A stretch of 64,000 nt of DNA, taken from Bdellovibrionota bacterium (GTDB lineage: Bacteria; Bdellovibrionota_C; UBA2361; OMII01). The notes below the pieces were generated by a model that searched no databases, was not told the DNA's origin, and was given only the letters and a program-made list of their open reading frames with translations. This document shows positions 9,589 to 20,440 of this stretch, piece after piece; the first letter of the stretch is position 1, and the number at the start of each line of letters is the position of its first letter. A program made the translations under genes and the position numbers. The stretch covers positions 1-64,000 of the forward strand of contig JBIJBE010000002.1 in the NCBI GenBank assembly GCA_044345405.1, read 5' to 3'.

Positions 9589-10320
9589 ATGGGTCTCATT
9601 CGTGATTTCTATGGCACAACGGTCGGCAAGAAGGTCGCCATGGCCTTGAGTGGCCTTGCGCTCGTTCTTTTTGTGATCGGCCATATGGCGGGCAACTTGA
9701 AGATATTCGCCGGTGTCGACTCCGCGACCGGCGATTACAAGATCGATGACTACGGTGTGTTCCTTCGCACTATGGGCTCCGAGATGTTCGGTAGAGAGGG
9801 CGTCCTCTGGATCGTGCGGATTGGTCTTCTCGCGGCGGTCGTCATTCACGCCCTGAGTGGAATTGCGCTCGCGCGCCTCAATCGGCGAGCGAAGCCGCAA
9901 GGCTATCAGGTTAGGTCCTACCGATCCGCTAACGCGGCATCGCTTACGATGCTCTACGGAGGTCTCTTTCTCATCGTATTTATCACCTTTCATATCCTGC
10001 ATTTCACCACGGGCACGCTTCACTTCAGTGGATTCGTGCACGGTCAGGTCTACGCGAACGTGTATAGCGCGTTCCAAAATGTCGTGACCGCTGGATTCTA
10101 CGTTGTCGCGATGGCGTTGCTTGGACTCCACCTCTACCACGGCACATGGAGCATGTTTCAGACACTCGGAGTCGACGCGCCGCGATGGAACAGTGGCATC
10201 CGCACCGCGGCGAAGGTTGTCGCTGTGGCGATGTTTCTTGGATTCTCGTCTGTTCCTGTCGGTATCGCGGTGGGGGCTTTGCCCGCGCCGGTAGAGACCC
10301 GCGCGCCAGCTGGTCATTAG
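9589..10320 (+). CDS. sdhC: Succinate dehydrogenase/fumarate reductase cytochrome b subunit (single b558-type anchor)
   Basis: TVGKKVAMALSG, His heme ligands (GHMAGN, IHAL, FHILHF, LHLYHG), 5 TM segments, first gene of the sdhCAB cluster. Confidence 0.93.
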   Translation: MGLIRDFYGTTVGKKVAMALSGLALVLFVIGHMAGNLKIFAGVDSATGDYKIDDYGVFLRTMGSEMFGREGVLWIVRIGLLAAVVIHALSGIALARLNRRAKPQGYQVRSYRSANAASLTMLYGGLFLIVFITFHILHFTTGTLHFSGFVHGQVYANVYSAFQNVVTAGFYVVAMALLGLHLYHGTWSMFQTLGVDAPRWNSGIRTAAKVVAVAMFLGFSSVPVGIAVGALPAPVETRAPAGH

Positions 10321-10341
10321 TTTTCATTGTGGAGCGAACGT

Positions 10342-12258
10342 ATGCAACTAGAACTTAATTCGAAGATCCCTGATGGACCACTCGAGCAGAAGTGGCGGAA
10401 GCACAAATCCTCAATCAAGCTCGTCCTTCCAGCTAACAAGCGAAAGTACACCATTATCGTGGTTGGAACCGGACTCGCTGGCGCCTCCGCGGCGGCTTCT
10501 TTCGGTGAGCTTGGGTATCGAGTGAAGGCGTTCTGTTTCCAGGATTCTCCTCGCCGCGCGCATAGTATCGCGGCTCAGGGTGGGATTAACGCCGCGAAAA
10601 ACTACCAGAACGATGGTGATAGCGTTCACCGACTTTTCTACGACACCATTAAGGGCGGAGATTTCCGCGCGCGTGAGGCAAACGTTCACCGTCTCGCTGA
10701 GTTGAGCGTGAACATCATCGACCAGTGCGTGGCGCAAGGTGTGCCGTTCGCTCGTGAGTACAGCGGACTTCTCGCGAATCGTTCCTTCGGTGGCGCGCAG
10801 GTGTCACGAACGTTCTACGCCAAGGGGCAAACGGGGCAGCAACTCCTTCTCGGGGCGTACTCCGCGCTCAATCGACAGATTCATGAGAAGAACGTTGAGA
10901 TGCACTCATCCACTGAGATGCTCGACCTGATCATCGCGGATGGTAAGTGTAAAGGTATCATCACGCGAAATCTTCGTACCGGAAAAATCGAGACGCACGT
11001 GGCCGACGCGGTAGTGCTTGCGACCGGCGGGTACTCGAACGTGTTCTACCTTTCTACAAACGCGAAGGGGTGTAACGTTACCGCGATCTGGCGAGCGTAT
11101 CGTCACGGCGCGGGTATGGCGAATCCGTGCTTCACTCAGATCCATCCAACTAGTATTCCGGTGTCCGGTGAGCATCAATCCAAGCTTACCCTTATGTCGG
11201 AGTCGCTCAGAAACGATGGGCGTGTGTGGGTTCCTAAGAATAAGGGCGATACCCGTCGACCAGCTGATATCCCCGAGAGCGAGCGTGACTATTACCTTGA
11301 GCGGCGGTATCCGAGCTTCGGAAATCTTTCGCCCCGTGATATCGCCTCTCGCGCGGCAAAGGAGCGTTGCGACGCCGGATACGGCGTTGGCCCGATGGGA
11401 CTTGGCGTCTATCTCGATTTCACGGACGCGATTAAACGGCTCGGTCGTGACGCTATCGAAGCTCGGTACGGAAATCTCTTCGATATGTACGAGAACATCT
11501 CGGGGGAGAATCCGTACGAGACCCCGATGCGGATCTATCCAGCGCCGCACTACACGATGGGCGGTTTGTGGGTGGACTACAACCTGATGACCACCATTCC
11601 CGGTCTCTTCGCCGCTGGCGAGGCTAACTTCTCCGATCACGGCGCTAACCGCCTTGGCGCGAGCGCGTTGATGCAGGGATTAGCCGATGGCTATTTCGTT
11701 CTGCCGTACACGATTGGTGATTATCTCGTGGGTGTTAAGCCCGGTTCGCTGTCCCTGGATGCGCCTGAGGTGAAGGCGGCTCAAGATCGAGTCAACGCTC
11801 GATTGAATATGTTTCTCTCCATGAAGGGAACGAAGTCCGTTGATCACTACCACCGCCTTCTTGGGCGCGTTATGTGGGACAAGTGCGGTATGTCGCGTAG
11901 CGCGGATGGTCTCAAGGAAGCCATTACCCGAATTAATGAGCTGCGCGAGGAGTTCTACAAGAACGCGTGCGTCAGTGGCAGCGGCGAGGAGCTCAATCAG
12001 CAGCTCGAGAAGGCAGGTCGTGTGGCTGACTTCTTCGAGTTCGCTGAGCTGATGTGTCTCGACGCCCTGGATCGAAACGAGTCGTGCGGTGGGCATTTTC
12101 GCGAGGAGTACCAGACCGAAGATGGTGAAGCGAAACGTGACGACCAGAACTACTGCTACTCAGCGGTGTGGAGTCAGCGAGAGGGAGGTGGGCACGATCT
12201 CACCAAGGAGCCACTTGAGTTCCAGAACGTCCATTTAGCTACCCGAAGTTACAAGTAG
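10342..12258 (+). CDS. sdhA: Succinate dehydrogenase/fumarate reductase flavoprotein subunit
   Basis: [20 protein letters not shown] (covalent FAD His), [25 protein letters not shown]. Start set to the ATG at 10342. Confidence 0.97.
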   Translation: MQLELNSKIPDGPLEQKWRKHKSSIKLVLPANKRKYTIIVVGTGLAGASAAASFGELGYRVKAFCFQDSPRRAHSIAAQGGINAAKNYQNDGDSVHRLFYDTIKGGDFRAREANVHRLAELSVNIIDQCVAQGVPFAREYSGLLANRSFGGAQVSRTFYAKGQTGQQLLLGAYSALNRQIHEKNVEMHSSTEMLDLIIADGKCKGIITRNLRTGKIETHVADAVVLATGGYSNVFYLSTNAKGCNVTAIWRAYRHGAGMANPCFTQIHPTSIPVSGEHQSKLTLMSESLRNDGRVWVPKNKGDTRRPADIPESERDYYLERRYPSFGNLSPRDIASRAAKERCDAGYGVGPMGLGVYLDFTDAIKRLGRDAIEARYGNLFDMYENISGENPYETPMRIYPAPHYTMGGLWVDYNLMTTIPGLFAAGEANFSDHGANRLGASALMQGLADGYFVLPYTIGDYLVGVKPGSLSLDAPEVKAAQDRVNARLNMFLSMKGTKSVDHYHRLLGRVMWDKCGMSRSADGLKEAITRINELREEFYKNACVSGSGEELNQQLEKAGRVADFFEFAELMCLDALDRNESCGGHFREEYQTEDGEAKRDDQNYCYSAVWSQREGGGHDLTKEPLEFQNVHLATRSYK

Positions 12259-12268
12259 GAGTTGAGTT

Positions 12269-13045
12269 ATGAATCTTACATTATTCGTTTGGCGCCAGAA
12301 GAGTGGTGAGTCCAAAGGCTCTTTCGAGCGACATGAGCTTAAGGGGGTGAGCGAGGATTCCTCGTTCCTTGAGATGTTGGACATGTTGAATGACCATCTC
12401 GTTGAGAACGGAAAGGCTCCCGTAGCTTTCGAGCACGATTGTCGAGAGGGTATCTGCGGTTCGTGTTCTATGACCATTAACGGTCGTCCGCACGGTCCAA
12501 AGAAGATGACAACCGCATGTCAACTTCACATGCGAACCTTTAAGGATGGCGATACGATCTACATCGAGCCGTTCCGCGCGAACGCGTTTCCGGTGGTAAA
12601 GGACCTCGTCGTTGATCGCGCCGCCTTCGATCGTATTCAGCAAGCTGGAGGCTACGTTTCGGTGAACACTGGAGCGTCCCCTGAGGCGAACTCTATCGCG
12701 GTTGAGAAGGATCTCTCGGATGAGGCGTTCGATGCCGCGGCCTGTATCGGATGTGGCGCGTGTGTGGCGGCGTGTCCAAACGGGTCAGCGATGCTCTTCA
12801 CCGCCGCGAAGATTACCCACTTGGGGCTCCTTCCTCAGGGGCAACCTGAGCGAACGAGTCGCGTGCTTGCGATGGTTAAGCAGATGGACGCGGAGATGTT
12901 CGGGTCATGCACTAATCACGGTGAGTGTCAGGAAGCTTGTCCGAAGGGGATTAGCATCAAGTATATCACCCGCATGAACCGCGACTTTATTAGGGGCAAT
13001 TTCCGCAAGGCCGCGAGCATTCGCGGCAAGATGCAGGCGCAGTAG
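12269..13045 (+). CDS. sdhB: Succinate dehydrogenase/fumarate reductase iron-sulfur subunit
   Basis: [32 protein letters not shown]. Confidence 0.97.
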   Translation: MNLTLFVWRQKSGESKGSFERHELKGVSEDSSFLEMLDMLNDHLVENGKAPVAFEHDCREGICGSCSMTINGRPHGPKKMTTACQLHMRTFKDGDTIYIEPFRANAFPVVKDLVVDRAAFDRIQQAGGYVSVNTGASPEANSIAVEKDLSDEAFDAAACIGCGACVAACPNGSAMLFTAAKITHLGLLPQGQPERTSRVLAMVKQMDAEMFGSCTNHGECQEACPKGISIKYITRMNRDFIRGNFRKAASIRGKMQAQ

Positions 13046-13072
13046 GTAGAGCTGGCGCTCTCACCCTCTGCT

Positions 13073-13224
13073 CACGTGAACGTGCGCGTGCTCGTGAACG
13101 TAAACGTACCCGAGCCGTAGTCCACTATCCCTCAGGGGGGAGCGCATGCCCCTTTACCAAGGTGAGGTAGTTCCGGCGCTTTTTCGGGTACGTTCACGTT
13201 CACGTTTACGAGCACGTTCACGTG
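13073..13224 (+). repeat. Family-1 REP/MITE-like inverted-repeat element, copy 2
   Basis: Arms 13073-13113 and 13184-13224 are built from GTGAAC/CACGTT-type hexamers with inner ends TACCCGA/TCGGGTA. 70-bp spacer. Confidence 0.88.
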
Positions 13225-13330
13225 GCGCGGTCTATGAAAAAAGGTGGGTGGCAGCAATCTCAATGGCTTAGAGGGTATGATTTGAGCTACCGTAGCTTAC
13301 GGGTAGCTGTGAGACGAGGTTCACCCTTTC

Positions 13331-13339
13331 TGCTATAAT
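13331..13339 (+). promoter_or_regulatory. Extended -10 sigma70 promoter element
   Basis: TGcTATAAT about 25 bp before the ATG at 13364. An inverted repeat AGCTACC...GGTAGCT lies just upstream at 13285-13308. Confidence 0.6.
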
Positions 13340-13363
13340 CTCCCCGAATTCGAAGGAACAGGT

Positions 13364-14167
13364 ATGCGCATCCTCCATCTCGCCATAGGCTTTTCACTCC
13401 TCTTATCGACTGCTGGCTGTTTCATGGTCGCAAAGGCGAGGGAGCCCGCCGTTCAGAATATACCTGTAGGTGCCTGCAATCCCTTTCCGTGCGCGAAGAT
13501 CACCATAGCGACCCTTCCCGAGCTGCCCGAATCGTTCTCCCCGGAGGCGCGTGCCGCCATTCATAGCCGTGTCGACCAAGCGCTCTATGCGCCACTTGAT
13601 GATGTGGACGGAGAGATAACTCGGGAGCGATTTATCGATGGGGTCAAGGCCCAGTACGAGGACTATCTTGAGGTAAAGCATCCTGAGACGGTGGTAGACT
13701 GGCAGGTGTCTCGCTCGGCGTTCATCATCTTCGCGAACCGGGACTTTGCGAGCGTCGTGGTGAAGAACGAAGGCTACCTTGGGGGCGCTCACGGCTTCAG
13801 TGACGAGCAGCTCTTTGTCTTCGAATCAAAGAGCGGGCGCGCCCTTGGATGGGACGAAATCCTGTCGGCCGATTCAAAGGAGATATTTACCAAGGCGGCT
13901 GAGGCTGAGTTCCGTCGAGCGCGTAACATCTCTCCCTCGCAGACACTTCAGGAAGCTGGTTTTACCTTTGATAATGACACCTTCGCTCTCTCAAAAAATT
14001 TCGCTGTCACGGATAAAGGGATCAGCCTTCACTACAACCCGTATGAGGTCGGTCCTTATGTGATGGGCGCGACAGATTGTGTGGTGCCGATCGATGTGGC
14101 TCGTCCCGCCCTTAACACCGAGGTGATTAACTTGGGTGGAGTAATTCAAAGCCAGGGATTGCTGTAG
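13364..14167 (+). CDS. DUF4163/DUF3298 (RsiV/PdaC-like) lipoprotein
   Basis: Lipobox TAGC, YLGGAHG, and NFAVTDKGISLHYNPYEVGPYVMG. Confidence 0.88.
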   Translation: MRILHLAIGFSLLLSTAGCFMVAKAREPAVQNIPVGACNPFPCAKITIATLPELPESFSPEARAAIHSRVDQALYAPLDDVDGEITRERFIDGVKAQYEDYLEVKHPETVVDWQVSRSAFIIFANRDFASVVVKNEGYLGGAHGFSDEQLFVFESKSGRALGWDEILSADSKEIFTKAAEAEFRRARNISPSQTLQEAGFTFDNDTFALSKNFAVTDKGISLHYNPYEVGPYVMGATDCVVPIDVARPALNTEVINLGGVIQSQGLL

Positions 14168-14174
14168 GTCTCGC

Positions 14175-15191
14175 ATGTTTATTCACCGCGGAAAACCGGC
14201 GCTCGTACTGGCCCCTATGGATGGGGTTACGGACGCTCTTATGCGCCGACTCCTCACGCGGAGAATGCCCTTCTCCTACTGTGTGACGGAGTTTATTCGC
14301 GTCTCGGGGCTAGTACCGCCGGACAAGACCTTTCTCCTCGATGTGCCCGAGCTTCGGCACGGATCGCGAACAGAATCGGGGGCCGGGGTGCAGGTTCAGC
14401 TGTTAGGGGGCGATCCGGAGCGTCTCGCCGAATCCGCAGTGCGCGCCGTCCGACTCGGAGCGACCGGAATAGATCTCAACTTCGGATGCCCGGCTCCAAC
14501 GGTGAATAAACACGACGGCGGAGCGACCTTGCTCAAGTTCCCTGATCGCGTTGAGCGGATCGTCGCCACGGTTCGCGCGGCTGTACCATCGGATATCCCC
14601 GTGTCAGCGAAGCTTCGTCTTGGCTGGGATGATCCTCGCGCCATTCACGGGAACGCTGAGAGGGCGGCCCGCAGCGGTGCCTCATGGATAACGATCCACG
14701 GACGGACGAAGATGCAGGGATACACCCCTCCGGCGTACTGGGAGCCGATCGGAGAGGTTCGCCGTAACCTCGATATTCCTGTTGTGGCGAACGGCGAGCT
14801 GTGGTGCGTTGAGGATCTCCGTCGGTGCCAAGACCAAAGCGGGTGCGAACATTTCATGGTAGGGCGCGGGGCGCTTGCGGAGCCTGGATTGGTCAAAGAG
14901 CTCGCGACGACCCTCGGGATAAAGGTATGTGACGAGCATGTGTTGCGATGCGGCGGTAACGCGGCGTTATGGCGTCCTCTGCTTGTCGAGATGGTAGAAC
15001 TCTCGCGGAGCGCCGGAGAAAATGAGCGACGAACTATCTCTCGCGTGAAGCAGTGGCTGAACTACGCGCGCCACAAAGGGGCTGTACGGTTCTTCGATTC
15101 CCTGAAAAGGCTTGAGAATCTCGACGCTATTCTCGTTCACATCGACGAACTCGCGAGCGCTTCCCCGGATCAGGAGAGGAGAGCGGCGTAA
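14175..15191 (+). CDS. dusC: tRNA-dihydrouridine synthase (DusC-like)
   Basis: LAPMDGVTD, IDLNFGCPAPTVNKHDGGA, VSAKLRLG, IHGRTK, VVANGE, MVGRGAL. Confidence 0.88.
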   Translation: MFIHRGKPALVLAPMDGVTDALMRRLLTRRMPFSYCVTEFIRVSGLVPPDKTFLLDVPELRHGSRTESGAGVQVQLLGGDPERLAESAVRAVRLGATGIDLNFGCPAPTVNKHDGGATLLKFPDRVERIVATVRAAVPSDIPVSAKLRLGWDDPRAIHGNAERAARSGASWITIHGRTKMQGYTPPAYWEPIGEVRRNLDIPVVANGELWCVEDLRRCQDQSGCEHFMVGRGALAEPGLVKELATTLGIKVCDEHVLRCGGNAALWRPLLVEMVELSRSAGENERRTISRVKQWLNYARHKGAVRFFDSLKRLENLDAILVHIDELASASPDQERRAA

Positions 15192-18094
15192 TGGAGGAGC
15201 TCCTCAAGGTTGTGCGCGAGATGGCGCCGGCCGCTGTATGGTCGGCAGGTGTCGAACTCTCAAGAAACGCCGAGTTTCACGAGGTTCCGTCGAACTCTGA
15301 GGAGGAACGCAGTTTTCGAATCGTTCAACGTCCCCGCGATGCGGTCTACACTGTTACCCTCTCTGAGGTGAATGAATCGTGGCAGAGCGATTGTCCGTGC
15401 GAGGACGATCCGTGTCGTCACGTTATCGCCACTGTTATCGGAGTTCGGCAAAATAGGATTGTGAGTGGCGCCGTTAAGCGCAGCGGCGCTCCCTCTGGGT
15501 CTGTAGCGCACACCTTCACGAGAATGAACGGTCGACTCTCCTTCGCGCGCTATCTCGTCTTTGGGGAGGAGCGGCGGGAGGTTCTGGGGAGTCTCGCCGC
15601 GGCTTTGCGTGCGTTTCCTCCCGGCGGGCCCGCCGTTGTCGTGACGAAGGACGAGGAGCAGGTTGATCACGTGCTCCCATCTCGCAAAAGCGGGATTCTC
15701 GATCCCCGTACTACCCGTATGTTATTGGCGGTGCTCGCTCGTCTGCCGCACGTCGAGCTCGACGGCACTCCAATTCAGGTCTCATCATCCGCGGTTCCTT
15801 GTGCTCTTGAGGTGGTCGATGATGGGGATGGGTTTCGCCTGCGGATCGAGCGGGACGGGGAAGTCACCGAGGTGTTCGAGAATGGAGCCGCGCTGCGTGG
15901 CGGCCTTCTCTCCCCTGTGGCTGATAGTGCACTTACCGCCGACGAGTGGATCGCGTTCAAAGGGGCCGGGCGGTTCTTTCGACGGGATGAGGTCATTGAA
16001 CTTGCATCCGTGGTGATTCCCAACCTTGAAGTTCGCATTCCGATCACGGTTAAGAGCGCACGAGTTCCCCGTGCGGTGCATGTAACCCCCCGCATCGTGA
16101 TCGAGACGGTAGGGGATCGCGCTGGTGATACCATGACGGTCGTTCCGCATCTTGTGTACGGAGATCCCGCCTTCGCTGAGGTGCGAGGTGACCGCCTTGA
16201 GGCGCGGGAGCGAGATCGTATTCCTGTTCGGGATCGCGTTGAGGAGTCGCGTTTGAGCCGTGATCTGCAAACTCGGCTCTTTCTACGCCTTAACGAAGCG
16301 AAGGTTTTTACAGGGGAAGCTGCCCTTCAATTCTCTCGGCAACTGAAAGGGTGGGAGACCCGCGGTGATGGACGAGCTCTCTTCACGCCTGCTACCGGCT
16401 TGACCCCGCGGTTGGTGGAGGACGGCGCGGGGGTTTCCCTTGTGTTTGAGACAAGTGATGGTCGCAGAACTTCGTCCGAGGCTATCTCATCGGCGTGGCG
16501 CGGCAGTGGCGCGTTCGTTCCACTTGATGGTGGGGGTTGGGGAGAGTTGCCCCGCGCCTGGCTTGACGCCCATCGGGTGGCCGCGATGCGGTTACTGACC
16601 GCCCAGGGTGAAGGTAGCGAATGCGCGGCGCAGCGGTTCGCTGATGTGGGTGAGATCTGCTCTTCACTTAATCTTCCTTTTCCCGCCTACTTTGAGCGAC
16701 TGCGAACGGCGCTGGGAGATATATCATCGCTGCCAGAGATCACGCTTCCAGGCGATCTCGTCGCCGATCTTCGACCATACCAACGAGTTGGCGTAAATTG
16801 GCTCACCTTCCTTCGGAACAGCTCGTTCGGAGCGCTCCTCGCTGATGACATGGGTCTCGGAAAGACCTTGCAAGCGATGTGCGTGATGCGTGGGCGTACC
16901 TTAGTCGTCGCGCCGACCTCGGTGTTGTATGCCTGGGAGGAGCAGCTCGGTCGCTTTCGACCGAACCTTACGGTGTGCAGGTATCACGGCGCGTCCCGTA
17001 AGCTCGATCCTTTGGCTGGTCTCGTCATTACGACGTACGCGTTGTTGCGGATGGATATCGAGCTCCTGTCCGAGATTACCTGGGATACGATTGTTCTTGA
17101 TGAGTCGCAGACCATCAAGAACCCTGACAGTCAGGTCGCTCGAGCCGCGTATCGTCTTAAAGGGGCTTTTAAGGTAAGTCTCAGCGGCACGCCCGTTGAG
17201 AACTCCCTTGAGGATCTCTGGAGTCAGATGCACTTTCTTAATCCGGGGCTGCTCGGAAGCCGGGACGAATTTGAGCGACACTTTGAGGCTCGAATCGCGT
17301 CGGGCGACTCGACCGCGGCACAAGCCCTTCGAGCCCGCGTTGCTCCATTTATGATGCGTCGCTTGAAGCGGGATGTCGCCCGTGATCTCCCACCGAAGAC
17401 TGAGGTTGTCCTTGAGTGCGAGTTGGATCCTGATGAACGGGTTATCTATGAGTCCGTTCTCGCGGCGTCTCGGGGCGATGTGCTTCGCCATCTCGCGGAG
17501 GAGTCGGATCTTCTCTCGGTGCTCGAAGTGCTCTTACGACTTCGGCAGGCGTGTTGTCACGTTGGCCTGCTTCCGGGCCACTCCGCTTCGATGTCGAGCA
17601 AGGTGAGGCTGCTGCTTGAATCCCTCGAGCGGTCGATCGAGCAGGGTCATCGGGCACTCGTGTTCTCCCAGTGGACCTCCTTCCTGGATTTGATAGAGCC
17701 CCCGTTGCGGGAGCGAGGGGTCTCGTTCGGTCGGATCGATGGCTCGACCGGCGACCGTGATTCCGTCATGAGGGAGTTTCAACGCCCCGATGGGCCTAGT
17801 GTGCTCCTTCTCTCGCTCAAGGCTGGGGGCGTGGGTCTAAACCTTACGGCCGCTGACCACGTCTATATCCTCGACCCGTGGTGGAATCCGGCGGTGGAGG
17901 ACCAAGCGGCTGACAGAGCGTACCGAATCGGGCAGGTCAATCCGGTCCTCGTTCACCGACTCGTTGCCCGAGATACGGTCGAGGAGCGGGTTCTCTCTCT
18001 GCAAGCCCAGAAGCGTGATTTACTCAGCGCGGCGGTTGCCGAGGGACAAGTGGCTGGACTTACTGTTCAAGATATTCGCGACCTGTTGGCCTAA
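15191..18094 (+). CDS. SWIM zinc finger-SNF2 family helicase/ATPase
   Basis: N-terminal CPCxxDPCRH, LADDMGLGKT, DESQ, SGTPVEN, WNPAVEDQAADRAYRIGQ. TAATG overlap with the Dus gene. Confidence 0.93.
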   Translation: MEELLKVVREMAPAAVWSAGVELSRNAEFHEVPSNSEEERSFRIVQRPRDAVYTVTLSEVNESWQSDCPCEDDPCRHVIATVIGVRQNRIVSGAVKRSGAPSGSVAHTFTRMNGRLSFARYLVFGEERREVLGSLAAALRAFPPGGPAVVVTKDEEQVDHVLPSRKSGILDPRTTRMLLAVLARLPHVELDGTPIQVSSSAVPCALEVVDDGDGFRLRIERDGEVTEVFENGAALRGGLLSPVADSALTADEWIAFKGAGRFFRRDEVIELASVVIPNLEVRIPITVKSARVPRAVHVTPRIVIETVGDRAGDTMTVVPHLVYGDPAFAEVRGDRLEARERDRIPVRDRVEESRLSRDLQTRLFLRLNEAKVFTGEAALQFSRQLKGWETRGDGRALFTPATGLTPRLVEDGAGVSLVFETSDGRRTSSEAISSAWRGSGAFVPLDGGGWGELPRAWLDAHRVAAMRLLTAQGEGSECAAQRFADVGEICSSLNLPFPAYFERLRTALGDISSLPEITLPGDLVADLRPYQRVGVNWLTFLRNSSFGALLADDMGLGKTLQAMCVMRGRTLVVAPTSVLYAWEEQLGRFRPNLTVCRYHGASRKLDPLAGLVITTYALLRMDIELLSEITWDTIVLDESQTIKNPDSQVARAAYRLKGAFKVSLSGTPVENSLEDLWSQMHFLNPGLLGSRDEFERHFEARIASGDSTAAQALRARVAPFMMRRLKRDVARDLPPKTEVVLECELDPDERVIYESVLAASRGDVLRHLAEESDLLSVLEVLLRLRQACCHVGLLPGHSASMSSKVRLLLESLERSIEQGHRALVFSQWTSFLDLIEPPLRERGVSFGRIDGSTGDRDSVMREFQRPDGPSVLLLSLKAGGVGLNLTAADHVYILDPWWNPAVEDQAADRAYRIGQVNPVLVHRLVARDTVEERVLSLQAQKRDLLSAAVAEGQVAGLTVQDIRDLLA

Positions 18095-18179
18095 GGCGCT
18101 CGTAACTGCCTGAATTAAAACCTTAAATTAGACCGCACTTTAGGTGAAGTAAAAGCGCTCTTCGTGCGGATAGGAGGGT

Positions 18180-19160
18180 GTGAGAAATCAGGCAGCTACA
18201 GAACCGGCCGCTCGCGGACGGATTATTCGAAAAGGGGGTACGGCCCCCTGTGCTCGCCCTGTTGTTGTAGCTACGCCACGTACCTTACGTCCAACCTCGG
18301 CCGGCTCCTCCGGACCGGGCGGTCATAGCCCGAGACGGGTAGGACGATTGAGAGATACCCTCCTTACCTTTATCGGCATTCCCTTTGTCTTCGCGGCGAG
18401 CGCCGGATTCATGTGGACGCGCCCCCTTGAGGCTCCGCCACAGAGCGGATTGGGAGGAAAAGGGGAGATTCATGCTCGCTTCCATCACATCGGAAATGAG
18501 ATGGCGGGTCGGTTCTCCTCGAAGGTGGACGGCGTCGTTGTGAAGCCCGAGAAAAAGGCGATGGCGGCAGCGCTTGAGGACGTAGAGCCTGCACGCGTCG
18601 CTCGTAAGTTGCTCCAGCGGCCAATGACCTTGAGTGAAGCGCCAACGAAGCATGTAACGGCCGATAGGGATGCTCTTCAAAGGCAGGTGTATCGAATCCT
18701 TAAAAAGCACGGCAAGCCGGTACAAAATGGGAAGGAGCTCGCTTCGGATATAGTTCGCGAGGCGCTGGCGCAGAATTACGACCCAGTTTTCGTGGCGGCG
18801 GTGATCAAGTCGGAGAGCGCCTTCAACTCCCTCGCTCGCTCCAACAAAGGCGCGCAGGGGCTTATGCAGATCATGCCGAAGACCGGAGCGTGGCTCGCTG
18901 ATCAACAAGCGATCCCACGCCGGAAGCTTACCGACCCCGGTCACAATCTCAAGCTTGGAATCTCGTACCTCAAACAGCTTGAGGCTGAGTACGGTGGAAA
19001 TCGAGTTCTCACCCTCATAGCGTACAACTGGGGGCCTGGACACGTGGCGTCAGCATCGGCTGGTGGTCGACGGGTGCCGGGCGAGGTGATGCAGTACGCC
19101 GTTAAGATCCTTAACGACTACCGTCGGTGGTCGAGCGAGCTCCGCAGCTCCGTCGGCTAG
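18180..19160 (+). CDS. Membrane-anchored lytic transglycosylase (SLT domain)
   Basis: One TM segment, then VIKSESAF (catalytic Glu), GAQGLMQIMP, AYNWGPG. Confidence 0.92.
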   Translation: MRNQAATEPAARGRIIRKGGTAPCARPVVVATPRTLRPTSAGSSGPGGHSPRRVGRLRDTLLTFIGIPFVFAASAGFMWTRPLEAPPQSGLGGKGEIHARFHHIGNEMAGRFSSKVDGVVVKPEKKAMAAALEDVEPARVARKLLQRPMTLSEAPTKHVTADRDALQRQVYRILKKHGKPVQNGKELASDIVREALAQNYDPVFVAAVIKSESAFNSLARSNKGAQGLMQIMPKTGAWLADQQAIPRRKLTDPGHNLKLGISYLKQLEAEYGGNRVLTLIAYNWGPGHVASASAGGRRVPGEVMQYAVKILNDYRRWSSELRSSVG

Positions 19161-20242
19161 CCGACAAACATACGCCCAGACTGTTGCACCGAACGAAGTA
19201 GCGCGTCGATCTCAGGAAGTGGCTTGCCGAGCGCTGTCCCATCCATAACCGGAGTGTTGATAATCTGCTCGATCGTGAGCCGAGCAGGCGAAGCCTCGCC
19301 TGCTGTCTTTTGAGCGCCTTTGCTCTCCTCGGCGAGGCCGAGAAGATTAGCTCGAGCTTCCTCAAGAGCCTGCGCCGCTTTATCAACTGGCAGGTTCATA
19401 CCGCGGAAGAGCCATTCTACCGATTCGTCGTATCCCGTGATTCGAAGACCGACGTGCCCACGGGCGTAGAAGAGGATGCGGTCCGTAAGGGAGAGGTGGT
19501 CGATCCATCGGCCCGCCGAGAGCATGGAGATCGAACTCTCCATCACCTCTTTCATCGTCCAGATATTGTCGATGTTGAGGTCGTGGGCGTGGCGCTCAGG
19601 GCTTAACATAGCCACAGAGAACGGAACGCCGATAAAGTCGCAGATATTTCGGATCTGCGACTCGGGGCTCATGACGATATTCTCATAGAACGTCGTGAAG
19701 GAGCGATTTTCCGCCGCAAGCTGCGAATCTGGACCGCACGTATCCCATCCGAATCGCACGGTCTCTGCCCAGACAGCCGCGCAGTGGTAGACGCTGCGAA
19801 GGGTAGCATCCGGTGTTGTGGTAATGTCGTGTCCGGCGGCGCGCATCCGATCGCCTACATCTCGCTGAGAGCACGCGATGTCTCGACCATCACGGACCAG
19901 GTGAATAAACTTGGCCTCGGGAAGAAGCTCTCCAAGGATCGAGAAGCTCCAGATGTTGTTCGCTGTTCTATCAACGACGATTCGTTTTCCTTTCTTTGCT
20001 CCGTAGGTGGAATAGATTCCTCGAATCATCGCCGCAATCGCGCTTCGGATCTCTTCCTCGCTGGTGTACTGCGATGTCCGGCCGGAACGGATGCCGCTTA
20101 TGAGTGAGAGGTACAGGTAGGCTATCTCGTCGATAATCCCTGTGTCAGGTCCGCACGCGACCTCAGGATGTGAGTCGAGGATATTCCCTAGCAAGTTAGC
20201 GCCTGAACGACTCATTCCGCCGATGAAGATCAATTGATTCAT
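19157..20242 (-). CDS. Sulfotransferase family protein (Sulfotransfer_3/TPST-like)
   Basis: IFIGGMSRSG...LDSHPEV (5'-PSB region), AKFIHLVRDGRD (3'-PB), YENIV..PE..IRNICDFIG. Confidence 0.88.
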   Translation of the reverse strand: MNQLIFIGGMSRSGANLLGNILDSHPEVACGPDTGIIDEIAYLYLSLISGIRSGRTSQYTSEEEIRSAIAAMIRGIYSTYGAKKGKRIVVDRTANNIWSFSILGELLPEAKFIHLVRDGRDIACSQRDVGDRMRAAGHDITTTPDATLRSVYHCAAVWAETVRFGWDTCGPDSQLAAENRSFTTFYENIVMSPESQIRNICDFIGVPFSVAMLSPERHAHDLNIDNIWTMKEVMESSISMLSAGRWIDHLSLTDRILFYARGHVGLRITGYDESVEWLFRGMNLPVDKAAQALEEARANLLGLAEESKGAQKTAGEASPARLTIEQIINTPVMDGTALGKPLPEIDALLRSVQQSGRMFVG

Positions 20243-20409
20243 AGAGGGTGTTTCCTTTTTCGTGTAAGGGGAAACGCGTTCGAACGCCCGCGCGAACTTC
20301 CCAACCGGTTAGGATGACACCTTAAGGGGAAGGGCTTCGAGGATTTAAGCCTCGAGCGAAAATGATTTCAGCTGGTTAGGACCCCACGACGAGTAAATAC
20401 TCCCGCGCG

Positions 20410-20440
20410 TAGGGTCCGGGCTCTAGGGTCCGGGCTCTAG
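20410..20440. repeat. Tandem 14-bp duplication at the stop codon of the patatin gene
   Basis: TAGGGTCCGGGCTC twice (20410-20423, 20424-20437) followed by TAG. Confidence 0.8.

Noticed and set aside
9475-10317. 280-aa ORF on the minus strand
   Set aside because: Antisense shadow of the clearly identified sdhC, with no motifs.
18145-18173. Sigma28 promoter before the SLT gene (TAAA...GCGGATAG)
   Set aside because: Spacing is 12 nt instead of 15, so it is not counted.
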